64,000 nt of DNA from a virus. The notes under the pieces are model-generated. The model worked only from the letters and a program-made list of their open reading frames with translations, had not been told where the DNA came from and ran no database searches. The stretch lies in the IMG/VR virus record IMGVR_UViG_3300033273_000208, positions 1 through 64,000 of that record; one strand, 5' to 3'. The translations under genes were made by a program, and so were the position numbers. The number at the start of each line of letters is the position of its first letter. Within the stretch, counting starts at the first letter, position 1. Of the stretch, positions 47,601 through 52,382 are shown piece after piece.

Positions 47601-49236
47601 TCTCACCTCACCCGTACAGACGGGTGGTGGAAACGTCCCCGTGAGTACATTTGGTGCAGGTGGTTACAACGTTGGTAAGTTTGAGAACCTCAACAACTTC
47701 CCGCTGATCTTTGCATCTGGCACCTTCGTCGAAACCTCCTATTCCGCTTACGGCAAGATCGCTAAGATCGATCAAACGGGCACAACCGCTCGCTGCTGGT
47801 TGGAAGAAGTTGAAGGCGACTTCCTCACCAACATGACCATCACGTCCGATAATGGTTGGCAGGCAGGTGTCGCACTTGCGAAAGATTTGATTGGTCGTGT
47901 TGATCGCTACTTCCGTGGTTTCGACGGTTCTCAAACAACCTTCAAACTCACCATTGCTAACGGCGAACAATACCTGCCCGACCCCGCAGGTCACATGCTG
48001 ATTTTCGTGAACGGCATCCTGCAACCCCCTGGCGCATCTGCATCGTACACCGCGTCTTCTGACGAGATTACGTTCACAGAGGCACCTGAAGTTGGATCTG
48101 AGTTCATCGGTTACTACATCGGTAAACTCCGTCAACTGGATGATATCAGCTTCGAGTTTGACTCGCTCCGCTCCTCGTTCAACCTCAAGTACCAGGGTGG
48201 TTTCTACTCCCTGACCCTGACTGAAGGTGTTTCTTCCAACACCATTCTGCCTGAGAACAACATCATCGTTTCCCTCAACGGCATCATTCAGGAACCTGGA
48301 GTTGGTTATGAGATCGTTGGTTCTCGCATTATCTTCTCTGAGATTCCTCGCTCAGGCACGACCTTTGTAGCATTCAGCTACATTGGTTCTGACGCGGACG
48401 TTATTGCTGCAACCGTCGTTCCCCCGATTGAATCGGGTGATCAACTATTCATCGAAGGTGAAGACGAGGCAGAACCCCGTGAGGTCGCTCTGATCGAATC
48501 CTCCAACTCGCTGGTTACCTTCGAGTACACAGGTACAGTCAAGGGTCGTAACGCTTCCGCTCTGGCGAACATTCGCCAAGGTACGCTCTCCGCAGCAATC
48601 ATCACCAACCCTGGTAACGGTTATACCACACGCCCGAATGTGGACGTGATTTCCTCCAGTGGTTTTGACGGTCGCGTACGTGCACAAATGGGTGTCGCAA
48701 GCATCCAAGTTAAGACTCCTGGTGTTGGTTATGCACTGCCCGTGGTTAGCGTTCTGACAACGGTTGCCGATGACTTCACATCGCCTCAGGGACCTCCGAT
48801 TAACGGTGGTTTTGATGTCTACGCAGGCGAAGCGATCGATGCTACTACTGGCGAAGTTATCACCATTGAGGCAGGTGCAATCCAGATCACACGCCAACCT
48901 CTGAACATCACAGTCAACCAAGGTCAGACTGCAGTGTTCAACGTGATCGCAGTGTTCAACGCTGCTGATGGCGATCCCATGGGCGTGACCGAAGGTCTGA
49001 ACTATCAGTGGCAGAAGAAGAACTACGGCGAAACTAACTGGAACAACATCATCGGTGCAAACCAGGCAACATACACAACCAGCAGCACCATTCAAGGTGA
49101 TGATGGTGATGAGTATAGAGTTGCAATCACATACGCAGGTGCAACACCTGTCTACTCCAACTCCTCTGTCCTCACGGTACAGACGGGCGCTACTGTGATC
49201 GCCAACTTCGATCCCTCGTCTATTTTCGCACAATAA
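26665..49236 (+). CDS. gp7: Giant baseplate wedge initiator gp7-like multidomain protein (7523 aa)
   Basis: PDFIRE..FL..YY N-terminus, IKRIRDFY.SKGT...LF..LFGE, IQDSFFYQNFSYVI...HPTG; lies between gp6 and gp8; also GSGY repeats, YHYH-like, propeller, LamG, CBM-like, helical and Ig-like domains. Confidence 0.85.
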   Translation: MQKNINVSDRVAYQVPDFIREEDQQFVDFLFEYYKSQEKTGRPFDILNNVNLYLDVDSYSQRTLSAGTTLLKDIGFVEDLIEVESIDGFIEKDGSILIDNEVIYYESLTRGPDAILTPGISIEEFKKKEQLLESPFQYFDGVQNTFDLRFLGEPIQPVSADHLIVRVYGVAQIPGEDYFVEGDTIRFATPPREKLGTDDPNTTSIIYMVGFADINIDTLDENPIQDGSKTHPLRFGTQFYTPVSEVGLIVNRNGVFQQPFVDYVIYQTTADGTYIEFRGLQLSASERLTIRSIEYISPAVGSGAQIVSSVNEDGLLIDLLVKEGGSGYRLEFAPKVTITPSDLGGVGATARSLIGGAKNINLIGGGQGYTSYNPPLIEIAPPTNPYGTQATAELVVDDETGQVSSLKITNSGSGYDFIPAVSFKNPSGAAITDPEIDSEGRLVTDSISVTNGGLGYSNPPLVHIDQAPVGGIDAQAVAVLNPEGIVVQVVITNRGRGYTNAPRARIIQPVGAQVLGVTVASGSVTDIELLTGGRGYVDPPSVYIVDDRKDSAGLPIGGTGATAVATIFNGEITDISITNFGEGYDPAFPPKIYIAEPQAARASVDIGFDEVTGFEINTPGSGYKPSALVGCVRGTSGTISYDNVGNQIFATESQLKLSNHIAGAEVVSLDTLFLRQIFDKIRRQYLPTIRLDYTKVNPVQVIKRIRDFYVSKGTKTATQFLFKVLFGEEVDVYYPRDEVISPSAASWVVDTILRATLIEGNPDDLIDGEIVQLVDEVDTNVTAASALIENVISIIKGTDTIYELAISEETLQGKFIIPYKTKLVEFLSKTDQIITVDSTIGWPARNGTIRINDEEVVQYKERSLNQFIECTRSKNGVVEDWDPGTIIYSDIYVYVNYGTDQQCKLRILGIAEAGSTTLDDTGSYYLEGDKLTVASLGATDQDEKLSSWLYNVKKLISVESATPGGQNNQTATIVTSNPHGLLVEDNVTVYGANPTVYNGTFQVTARLDEYTFSYQMLAPTDIIPQGNILLSVDLNRGKSDVTAINTAITPFTSNIQNSFFNAQYVYAAATGLPNYKVGPFIGTALIPGNQRKLLRFPRKATTVSKRETVRPNTAVGAWVNGVSVWSYKSSEFLRYGPLTSIDITNGGQGYDAGNKPQLEISGGGGSGATAEVTVNGSLFSIEVTDGGTGYKTQPLVSVVGGDGIGATAQAVITGGRVSRVLVEQPGTGYTSQPLISITGGGGSGATATASVRGPISAVTLTNAGSGYTELPTINLNSGSGALAQPIVINGRIVSIAIINSGSGYTTAPNIVINGDGFGAIAKAVIGTIGEDKGKVISVQILNKGINYTQGNTTIRLEAVGEFATFKPNVFQWTKNLHYDLADKYDFARGYVFTGYNNQFGGEYAHLVDPKELRYVVGDNVFLDPATNTFQEQTANNEHSPILGWAYDGNPIYGPYGYIDPTDQNSGLRRLRSSYQLKSSLVYEVDSNPNPTRGDGPPLSEYPAGTFVDDYEYAFQLGDLDPYNGRFCKTPEYPDGTYAYFVTIDESDAGQAVFPYIIGPEFYSQPDTWNMSQDATQDNIPSDVVRFRDPFTEVDIDVDRQPNREPDILTTELEAYPLILEIQDTNGDGIIDSNEQLETIELSEESTLQIYDYFPTVSDESRVDIEVETITKFESAQIDGFVIENPGVSYQVDDVIFFNNEGSGGFGASAAVSAVEGLSILGYQKIIEDDVVYGKITTDGNHELYVGDEVIVTSTVIPDNTNKTYYTKVVSGIEDIVIDQEGVGYNESIPPTYELITTSGQDAVFNLNVTQTGQITEAQISIINSGNQYDPENPPQVRVSHPQIFKKTRYYAGEYRETTQSEETLGVFNVNHSLTNALRYTYVCGSITKSDGTTAAWIAKFNDVGDLIWDRTLETIDGITKTARFKQMYLDERAENDIIYVVGETEYDNANNRPDILLVKYESAFDNANQPEGQVRYQKEISGVSGTTRRDYAMGITLGEEERVYICGYTDTNSPDPDDMWVIQMNEEGEMREKRKFSSSDDDERMHQIKYLGDARYLFVGMNMSDYYMIIGEFFFDGNNIELSYAKNINISGGRPQNPRFTIDNYNDVYLTFDIFNNAIQKNSAVGIAKFAYDQINANEPTWDWYKILAPSTEFVSITNADINIDIFGNVTLVTDTKLTENTRKVGAHYIKFDGEILKQSTIEDVDTVGVQATTHTVDDSGDLIIFGQKQKSDQAASYRFDGSEGSGGFISAITNITGTAATRGAGVGTLGSISAADQIRATNIGTLTTATAVNVLRAGKISTVGGFSAADVRRAGTVLDLENFSAADARRGGAVNGVTNISAADPKRGGVIASVNNIGAADQARGGRITLMANISAADPIRGGNILGVGNVSASDPSRTAGTYQAVTYTTSGSGVNAVFDITVNAAGAAIITVVNGGISFAINETITVADAQLGGGGAPDVTFQVNAIGGFNYTNVPVTSTDVNSTGSGATVDVGVSSTGDVSLTVNQGGIGYYNGETLTISDSDIGASGAANPTFDVSGLGGFSYTNVASTNNGVGVNATFNVTIDGTGAAIVVQVNQGGLAYAAGDTVTISDSLLGNNGAANLTFDVETITAPATYTNVAATSTSGIGTNATFSVTIDANGAASIVSGTPAGLSYAVGDTITIADTSLGNSGAADLTFEVATIKAPPLYSNVATTSNGAGSGLTLQVTINADGSVAFLNVTDPGNGYVVGDTITIQDADVGGTGAPNITADVESVGGGAIYTVSNFTSTGSGTGATFNVTVDSSGAISQVNIINSGNGFVANETVTVPDSELGNNGGADFTFNVTATNGITYSGISTWTSSNNAYGGGTGAVFNIELDNLGNFTALTPISRGANFVLNDTITIPDSQLGNTGAPDVVLSVASIEGHTYNNISATTSGTGELATFNVVVDGNGLATPTVNDPGREYQTGDTFTITDAQLGNFGGANLTFEVTVLQGIVYSNISASEGSGVNASIDVNVDASGAVTINMNKTGRGYLISDTLRVTDAQLGGYGYADITFDVQTTINVFDETKLNRGTPQYYNATDATIDTVNYKWGTGSTALTAANHYGITGFDLNTSEWTLQGWFRIDSATQALNNSQPTFFETHPNDGSNPSNTLRLYVDGDSGSADYGKLKLVHEGTTDVAVSVSATVWATFAGGAWVHVALSKTQPTLGAYDYAAYINGQQLGLWSGSTDDIGVDEVYVGGIKVPTTYTTLIGNIDDFVIDDDSQYSGASFTLPDAAIPIRTTNTGVSIYKIDRQHDRRGTFAVTDLPNSTSVAFLAESNWSYNTQTQPAMTNWEIGPGGLQILDYAEVTSQLTTGIYTFDYDSVLYGSKTSTVPSPGGKRLVLSPVVTPKYYIKDATYQKIDSVQQLTFNQDVRFTKGQILQQYNEQGTTQRYGTIVEVPEGTIENPGLGTTYKIGNIFPAAATFNTTDKIRSTSATDAGLNVITGITFTVARDFAEWEQAASYIAGDQVYSQGNIYTATTNGTAGTNEPVHTTGNASDGGVSWDFTVSANTPLEVDLSNTPYPTPKDPIWTKLKIYDIGDVVYYGRNKYTATAAGRSSQNPPTHTTGTATDGTVTWQYTSTYDPLSDYATFKEFDAGENWYSLTVNKIYSDSNFIANDNLSIGGSVTVNPKEDAPTILQINGIGSVKEISLIAVLDKTILVDTQERTDLVYCVANSAHKYSANDILFTEGFSTSEFNGSFFVREVFSSREFTFQVRETPAAEPAFLQNSIARVNIYTKHPTLLLIRNHNYLFDMSDSSNLGYYLSFSQDNEFKLEYSFNNIERQGTPGVFDGTNAPFVKLKVDGQVTNISYYFDPSRTGANSPVGDKSFIDVKKTPFDGRYTVSKVLSQTEFQFPLLFEPENNNAEIGSDDQGNPYSVYSTTSKRAIGPIADIKLISAGGFYQRLPIISDIASFRQIERVEIISGGSEYAIGTYDQVPINGDGEGGLCRIEVAVDEEIGSGTIVSVTVTDPGKGYTTASIDVDGIQGILGPTLTGSGADLDVIIPDEGSGASVFLTGKNIGKIKKLKNNEFGYGYSHDYTLKPEITFPINLQLFNTSILSQITITDPGAGYTSAPAVIISGGGGVGAEAVAVVKNNRLSEIQIKNPGAGYSSEPSVTLKSEFNYVVNLDLNYLQFNFPHGITNGAAIQFRADDVGTTVGELPKPSSAGLTSLVVGQTYYAIAGESNSLEGDQLRFALTPADAESGNFITFLTQGAGRQVLLTEVFGGKAEAVVETSRFLEGEKVYQGDSEETATVFAYVSENNGWQLGPKILKLINATGTFVVGERVNGSVSRASGVIDNVSLAKGVLNIDSLTQTPGRFIDDVGKPSEIVQKIQDSFFYQNFSYVIKSTIPINRWREQILENNHPTGFNMFGQLQLAGGKDISGRKVGTEFIKQVNINEYANVNQITSFGAAQPIYTDFNNTEVLFRKKRLTNSEEILTSIVKKLDDIADQFDGIQTAFNLTVEGEQVIVKNNQLLITLNGIIQAPVDAYDIVGGQIVFKEAPKAPSKVVYRDVGLEFLTITRLNLTDVSGIYPEIGYQISGASSDAYATVVASGTNTIDVVDITGGPFQNNERIDVSALGFSALIGSQEVLTQSTLYEFDETLVCTNRNRGNPTAQVNAINLDENGDASSAIVVSKTTGTAKYETGVFDFRLQDIIYSTRSNLAARITFLAPYRDPVTDDVVGEQILTAGSSFYGLLFERIVSTSYPNILLDDISKSTITPTELFDNEERINSFFLDFEEVRSTEVTYTDLSSGVFSNGDDIRNIKVFYNNPIYGAAYGTAAPRYYDARNRISASKDEIIDFATAEIAVEHEDFYYPGQPQTDSRSRFRDGYRLIIKNKDWIVAKTYEDMILQYPSLVVPNSDKCKRDLGHFVDAVAYDTYAGGNKYARKFIQMYFTGQGLGYINQQLAETTWAYGRAATYMKDAITNQLSGTETIDSVLYTKYQDLTVTEGGATYGAPGTVSNTDTGACADVQSAVDTLATAITETLLGNQDFDDIDAEEPTYNTTEEKCRRDVGYFVDGLASDVGQGGNLGVVTWARFYFENGTFISNGVAGEEAETITALNKARDLAKRAINNLLYEKDLTILYDPASYGGSAPGHDYDANYASGTNQDASNCADVQSTIDTLTTIATTAINNQTLANINALSSIDDGSFRDGETIRVIKVAYKNKSTGLFNRLDSVRGVTSGATMTLEGVNSGLKWLFASSAGVNGTFQDDEYITNSTITNPGAAQVTQSVLNVKSDLANSTKSLKFVANSWLKKAESYDVDFGTGDFTLEGWFYPTGIVGQQTLFDFRRTATEGLMIEMNNDTLRVYSGSGTVVIISNAVFTANTWHHVAVVRTSGVMLAFVDGVQAGGSATNSDDFGWGPCYIGSDLNGSNGFIGNADQVAVYKGYAKFTSAFTAPTSNDWDDERIVLGLNAEQPFIVSTAEVYAQFSGQTVSSATAKRIDYADKRVIVEDIDLGRDSHRDAADLILKNDKWISEVAVGRMKAKYSDFVLPGDDPATNIYQGTYYCLRDTEEYILDAIVKDLKYGGDYYTTVAAKGYLEKDGSLDFIGKELLQSLYAWEQAGELCKYVVSTTDTDLTDAYTERLRIPLTGSAATQAVLDNIDALTQNILNILAPTGDRFRDAGDALWLNRTYIAEEVVGYIENKWEVTINGTYYDKLQIPGGNNGQVCIRDIKEYIIPAIIADLLTGGNAAVNEVIDFYLNGEQDILHVSEELLPMLDAISYTKYLSTKAINQLLVQFGQAPDPAQGSTNYDDYYIAQYTQAVPYIDHTVTVDPQGYDANRADNNLLIDAADMIERNKKQIASEAVMRMNDLAKFQDLQIPGGQQNCIDDVVGFIEALVHDIRLGGNSKVFDAAELYIEPENNSLRHIESEAEASIYAYKMARDICVLAMRNGFGRDNIYGYGSGEENDPSVESYDQNPQSSRIIDAANILDRNIRFIAEEAVYRTTIQYPSLTIPGGNINCVHDIADTLNAMVFNMKYGGNNMVYDAAEFYVGTSGLQHVASQSAESVYAFNQARDIAIQVMRAVPVINTGNEVHGFEQKYYDELDYEPYKSKTRDYVTLDEAALTGGTTANRSRAADAYNLIYNNARWIAEGTVNTFVASNSWTIPNGTESCIDDTERILKGVAYHVAYGGNSYVWDYANEYVQNGHIGSPQNGWTQAIFNYINSNILPDVIRNIQPTAASSWNAAGHTDLQQYRDLTITTDVTQPACPTEVAAATTLLSIVTDAVVNGNMNHAARTVPPGGGACANVESTITDLFAIVTDTINNYTSLGGVPRTLPSIWPLKYTADSAERDLTVTYDSAATSWGTTCQNVETTINGLFDIVLQTITDASAASPSNYLDSISRTLPTNGFTNTLYQQYTCYNVIDAAWTLFDLMLDSLGSGSYSNRLTAEFIRKNDHAITARAVAATLAQYPSGDIPDQAYAQDVLEACIYDIATNGNAGAFKLANEWFDGEGNFIAYPDIQRIRLLYCMNKVREYAKDVMFNFNDIDWSLYDVWSPEQVQGYTPRLEWDQESTEFNMDSSFNCLEFAIERGTFPSDNVVTFVASTDAQNLTNSYNEGQDYNTDPALVLLTPTIEVGWEREENRVRINRTNFFRRGDVLKYVLASATSLDGANDQDYYYVLNAEPQWFEISRMSKHDARFRDFTFDLNNTGNQQFFTARRAGVTRVANDYGTRDIQTPISAGFNIADVLVGTTTGASAEVSSTFINNAKIVKTFKYYGLETMSETTFIDGEQVVVQGAVTNNGYVMQHVIPDEFDNGWIKLETLQGTISQGDTIEGITSGATAVVTAVEEDRLLLNAKTGIFSQGDWLFKKDTATEAYIDVFNDKRGVLTATDGGRITMDVETINSSWETGDVIYGSITDKYLDLVGIDDQGQAISVNTYVHGQKIYKLSLSSVSRDTGYTGDFVSGDTVYLLQGTTVAVPGITATVSQWDYRPEDGVNDLYLTSPVQTGGGNVPVSTFGAGGYNVGKFENLNNFPLIFASGTFVETSYSAYGKIAKIDQTGTTARCWLEEVEGDFLTNMTITSDNGWQAGVALAKDLIGRVDRYFRGFDGSQTTFKLTIANGEQYLPDPAGHMLIFVNGILQPPGASASYTASSDEITFTEAPEVGSEFIGYYIGKLRQLDDISFEFDSLRSSFNLKYQGGFYSLTLTEGVSSNTILPENNIIVSLNGIIQEPGVGYEIVGSRIIFSEIPRSGTTFVAFSYIGSDADVIAATVVPPIESGDQLFIEGEDEAEPREVALIESSNSLVTFEYTGTVKGRNASALANIRQGTLSAAIITNPGNGYTTRPNVDVISSSGFDGRVRAQMGVASIQVKTPGVGYALPVVSVLTTVADDFTSPQGPPINGGFDVYAGEAIDATTGEVITIEAGAIQITRQPLNITVNQGQTAVFNVIAVFNAADGDPMGVTEGLNYQWQKKNYGETNWNNIIGANQATYTTSSTIQGDDGDEYRVAITYAGATPVYSNSSVLTVQTGATVIANFDPSSIFAQ
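33403..33861 (+). repeat. Nine tandem 17-aa repeats (..ISAAD..R) in gp7
   Basis: 459 nt = 9 x 51 nt, e.g. GGAVNGVTNISAADPKR, GGVIASVNNIGAADQAR. Confidence 0.9.
33862..35802 (+). repeat. Nine tandem ~72-aa beta-rich repeats in gp7
   Basis: Consensus Y.NV..T..G.G..ATF.V..D..G...G..Y..GDT.TI.D..LG..G...LTF.V. Confidence 0.9.
41101..46230 (+). repeat. About 8 helical phycobiliprotein-like repeat domains in gp7
   Basis: Repeated DA...I..N...I..EA, IPGG(N), Cx[RDH]D, GGN and C..V...I..LF motifs. Confidence 0.7.
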
Positions 49237-49249
49237 ATAGTCAAAAACG

Positions 49250-50845
49250 ATGACAGCAACTGCTGAGTACAATCCATCAACTAACATTCTGACAGTTACG
49301 GGGGACGGGTTGCCAACCCCCGTGTCTTACGGAACGTTCCCTAATGCAAACAACCCAAACACTGTTACTGAACAGGCGTTTGAGCATGACTTCTTTTTTA
49401 GAGGTGGTACATTTGGCATTGCTAGAACGTTTGATGATAATACTTGGTCGAAAGAAGGATACGTTATTACTATCCCACTATCACCAGATGACAATGCACT
49501 TTTGAGTTCAGACCCCCTTTCTGGAACCATTCGTCCTGGAGACAACTTACTGTTTGTATTCAGTGATGGAAGAAAGCAAAAGTTTGTCTATCAAGGTACA
49601 ACATTTACTTCTACTCCTGGTAACTGCTGGAGAAGTACAGACACAACCCTCGATCTGATTGTTGCCGATTCGTCTTATGGCGATACTGGAACATACACAT
49701 ATTATGACCAGAGAGACGGCAGAACGCCGACTCCCCTGGGCATCATTGGCATATCCTCAAATGGTGTTGCTCTATTCAATCCTAGTGCTGGTGCTGGTGG
49801 AAACCCACCGCCAGGATTCAACTGGAACGCACACTATGAGTTATCGCCTGTAGATTTTGGTGATGATGAGTGTGGTGGACACCCCGAAAACACAGGACAA
49901 TATCACTATCATGATAGTCATTTCTTGGACTGTTGGAAGGAAGGTTCCATCATGTCAACATACAATGATTATTATGGTCTGACTCAGTACAACGGGAACA
50001 ATCTTAGACACCCAGATGGTCACTCTAAGATGGTCGGTATCGCTTTTGATGGATTCCCTGTATATGGTCCATATGCATATACAGATCCCTGGGATAATGA
50101 ATCTGAGATTACGTATATGACTTCATCGTACGATCTCAAGCCTATCGAACCCGATGGTAGACCTACCTATGGCAGCACCCTCCAGAACCCCCCTGCAGGG
50201 TCATTTATACAGGACTGGGAGTACAACGAAGGGCAGGGTTCACTTGACTATCATAACGGGCGTTTCTGCCTCACTCCAGAATATCCTGACGGCACATATG
50301 CATACTTCCTGACAGTTGATGAAACAGGAGATGCACAGTTCCCATACATGGTGGGTCTGACATCCAGACAGTCTCTTGATCAACCAGCAAACAATGGTGC
50401 TGCTGCACCCCCCGATCCTGGTTCTGGTGGTGAAGGTGGTGGCGGTGTTGCACCCACTCTACAGATCAATACACAACCCCAGAACGTCACACTCAACAGC
50501 GGACAGGTTGCAACATTCTCTGTTTCTGCAACTATCCTCCCCGAGAATGGACCCAAGTCTTATCAGTGGTTCAGATCTACTGACGGTGGTTTCTCATACT
50601 CCACTCTCAATGGTGCAACGTCCTCGTCCTACACCTTCACTGCACTGTCTTATATGACAGGGTATAAGTTCAAAGTAGAGATTAGTGGACCTATTGGTGC
50701 CCCCGCACCTGCACAAAACTCTCCACTGACTTCAGATGTTGCAACTCTAACCGTAACAGGGGTGGGTGGTTCAACTGGTGATACTCAGTTTGATTCTACT
50801 GCGACAACGTTCGACAGCACATCTACCCGTTTCGATCAAACCTAA
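49250..50845 (+). CDS. YHYH-domain virion protein with C-terminal Ig-like domain
   Basis: GIIGISSNGV, DECGGH, GQYHYH, GIAFDGFPVYGP, TPEYPDGTYAY; Ig QPQNVT..YQWFRS; AATAAATA upstream. Confidence 0.85.
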   Translation: MTATAEYNPSTNILTVTGDGLPTPVSYGTFPNANNPNTVTEQAFEHDFFFRGGTFGIARTFDDNTWSKEGYVITIPLSPDDNALLSSDPLSGTIRPGDNLLFVFSDGRKQKFVYQGTTFTSTPGNCWRSTDTTLDLIVADSSYGDTGTYTYYDQRDGRTPTPLGIIGISSNGVALFNPSAGAGGNPPPGFNWNAHYELSPVDFGDDECGGHPENTGQYHYHDSHFLDCWKEGSIMSTYNDYYGLTQYNGNNLRHPDGHSKMVGIAFDGFPVYGPYAYTDPWDNESEITYMTSSYDLKPIEPDGRPTYGSTLQNPPAGSFIQDWEYNEGQGSLDYHNGRFCLTPEYPDGTYAYFLTVDETGDAQFPYMVGLTSRQSLDQPANNGAAAPPDPGSGGEGGGGVAPTLQINTQPQNVTLNSGQVATFSVSATILPENGPKSYQWFRSTDGGFSYSTLNGATSSSYTFTALSYMTGYKFKVEISGPIGAPAPAQNSPLTSDVATLTVTGVGGSTGDTQFDSTATTFDSTSTRFDQT

Positions 50846-50870
50846 ATAGCACTATAAAAGTCCGAGAACT

Positions 50871-52379
50871 ATGTCTAAGCAGAATATTGGTATTGGTTCT
50901 GCCGCTAATGACGGTACTGGCGACACCCTACGAGATGGTGCCGTCAAACTCAATAACGTCATCGACGAACTGTATGATCGACTTGGTAATGGTACCGATA
51001 TTTTGATCAATATCGGTGCTGGTATCACAGACGGTCAAGTTCTTCGTTTTAGAACCGACCCACAATCAGAGTTTTATGGGGATCACCTGGATACCCTGAC
51101 AGCAGATCTTGATGTCAGTGGGTATAACATCATCTCCAATAGCAACGGCAATATCACGCTCAAGCCAAGTGGCGTTGGTGATATTAACTTCTGGGGTGGT
51201 AACAGTGGCACACCATATACCTATATTGATGGTGCAGATGGATACCTGAAGTGGTATGCACCTTACAGTGAGTTGACAGACCTACCCAACGCTACCAACC
51301 ACCATGGCATGTTTGCTCATGTTCATGACACAGGTAAGGGATACTTCGCACACTCCTCTTCTTGGATTGAACTGGTTGACGTAACCAGCAGTATTGGTGA
51401 CTTGGCTGACGTTGACATGACTGTCGGTGGTGGTCCCTCCAATGGTCAAATCTTGAAGTGGAACTCCACAACTTCTAAGTTTGAACCTGCAAACGACGCT
51501 ACCTCTGAGGGTGGTGGAGGAGGTACCACTCAGAACCTATGGGAAACATTTAATGCTGACACTGGCACCACAACTGCTAGTGCTGCACAGGATGTACTGA
51601 CAATCACTGGTGGTACAAACATTTCAACGTCTATCTCTGGTGATACTCTCACTATTGATATGACTGGTGCTCTGGGTGATCCAGATCAAAACCTGTTCAG
51701 TGTGATCGGTTCGGATAGTGGTAACAAGACTGCTACTACAACCACATCCCAAATCAACCTTATTGGCGGCACAGGTATTTCGACAGCGATTTCTGGCGAC
51801 GACCTGACAATCACTAACGATTCCCCCAATATCACCCAGAACCTGTATGAAACCATCAGTGGTGATACTGGAAGTCAAACTGCATCTGCTGCAACTGCTG
51901 AGGTAACTTTCACTGGTGGTACAGGGATTGCCACCGTAGTCACTGGTGATGGTACTAGCACAACGGTTACTATTAACAACACTGCTGCTGCTCTGCCCTC
52001 TGTTGCCGAAGGTCAGTCGATTGTCGGTACAGGGACAGACACATATAGTGCATATGCATCTCCCGTTCTTTCTTGGAGCGTGAGTGCAAATGGAAGCACA
52101 GCATATAGATTTGATGGTCCTGGTCTGAGCAATACTACAGACAACCCAACAATCTATGTCTATAGAGGTTTCACATACAGATTCAACAATACCACTGGTA
52201 CAGGACATCCGTTTGAAATCCGTGTTGGATCTGGTGGTGCTGCAGTAACAGACGGTGTATCTGGATCTACAACTGGCGTTCTGGTGTACACAGTTCCTAT
52301 GTCTGTGTCAGCAGGTACGACTTATGTGTATCAGTGCACCATCCACGGTGGGATGGTTGGAAACATTGTAGTGGTCTGA
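50871..52379 (+). CDS. Tail fibre/baseplate protein with T4 gp9/gp10-like N-terminus and C-terminal cupredoxin-like domain
   Basis: KQNIGIGSAANDGTGDTLRDG..KLN; three QNL..T..GGT.I.T repeats; GHPF...YQCTIHGGM. Confidence 0.75.
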   Translation: MSKQNIGIGSAANDGTGDTLRDGAVKLNNVIDELYDRLGNGTDILINIGAGITDGQVLRFRTDPQSEFYGDHLDTLTADLDVSGYNIISNSNGNITLKPSGVGDINFWGGNSGTPYTYIDGADGYLKWYAPYSELTDLPNATNHHGMFAHVHDTGKGYFAHSSSWIELVDVTSSIGDLADVDMTVGGGPSNGQILKWNSTTSKFEPANDATSEGGGGGTTQNLWETFNADTGTTTASAAQDVLTITGGTNISTSISGDTLTIDMTGALGDPDQNLFSVIGSDSGNKTATTTTSQINLIGGTGISTAISGDDLTITNDSPNITQNLYETISGDTGSQTASAATAEVTFTGGTGIATVVTGDGTSTTVTINNTAAALPSVAEGQSIVGTGTDTYSAYASPVLSWSVSANGSTAYRFDGPGLSNTTDNPTIYVYRGFTYRFNNTTGTGHPFEIRVGSGGAAVTDGVSGSTTGVLVYTVPMSVSAGTTYVYQCTIHGGMVGNIVVV

Positions 52380-52382
52380 TAA

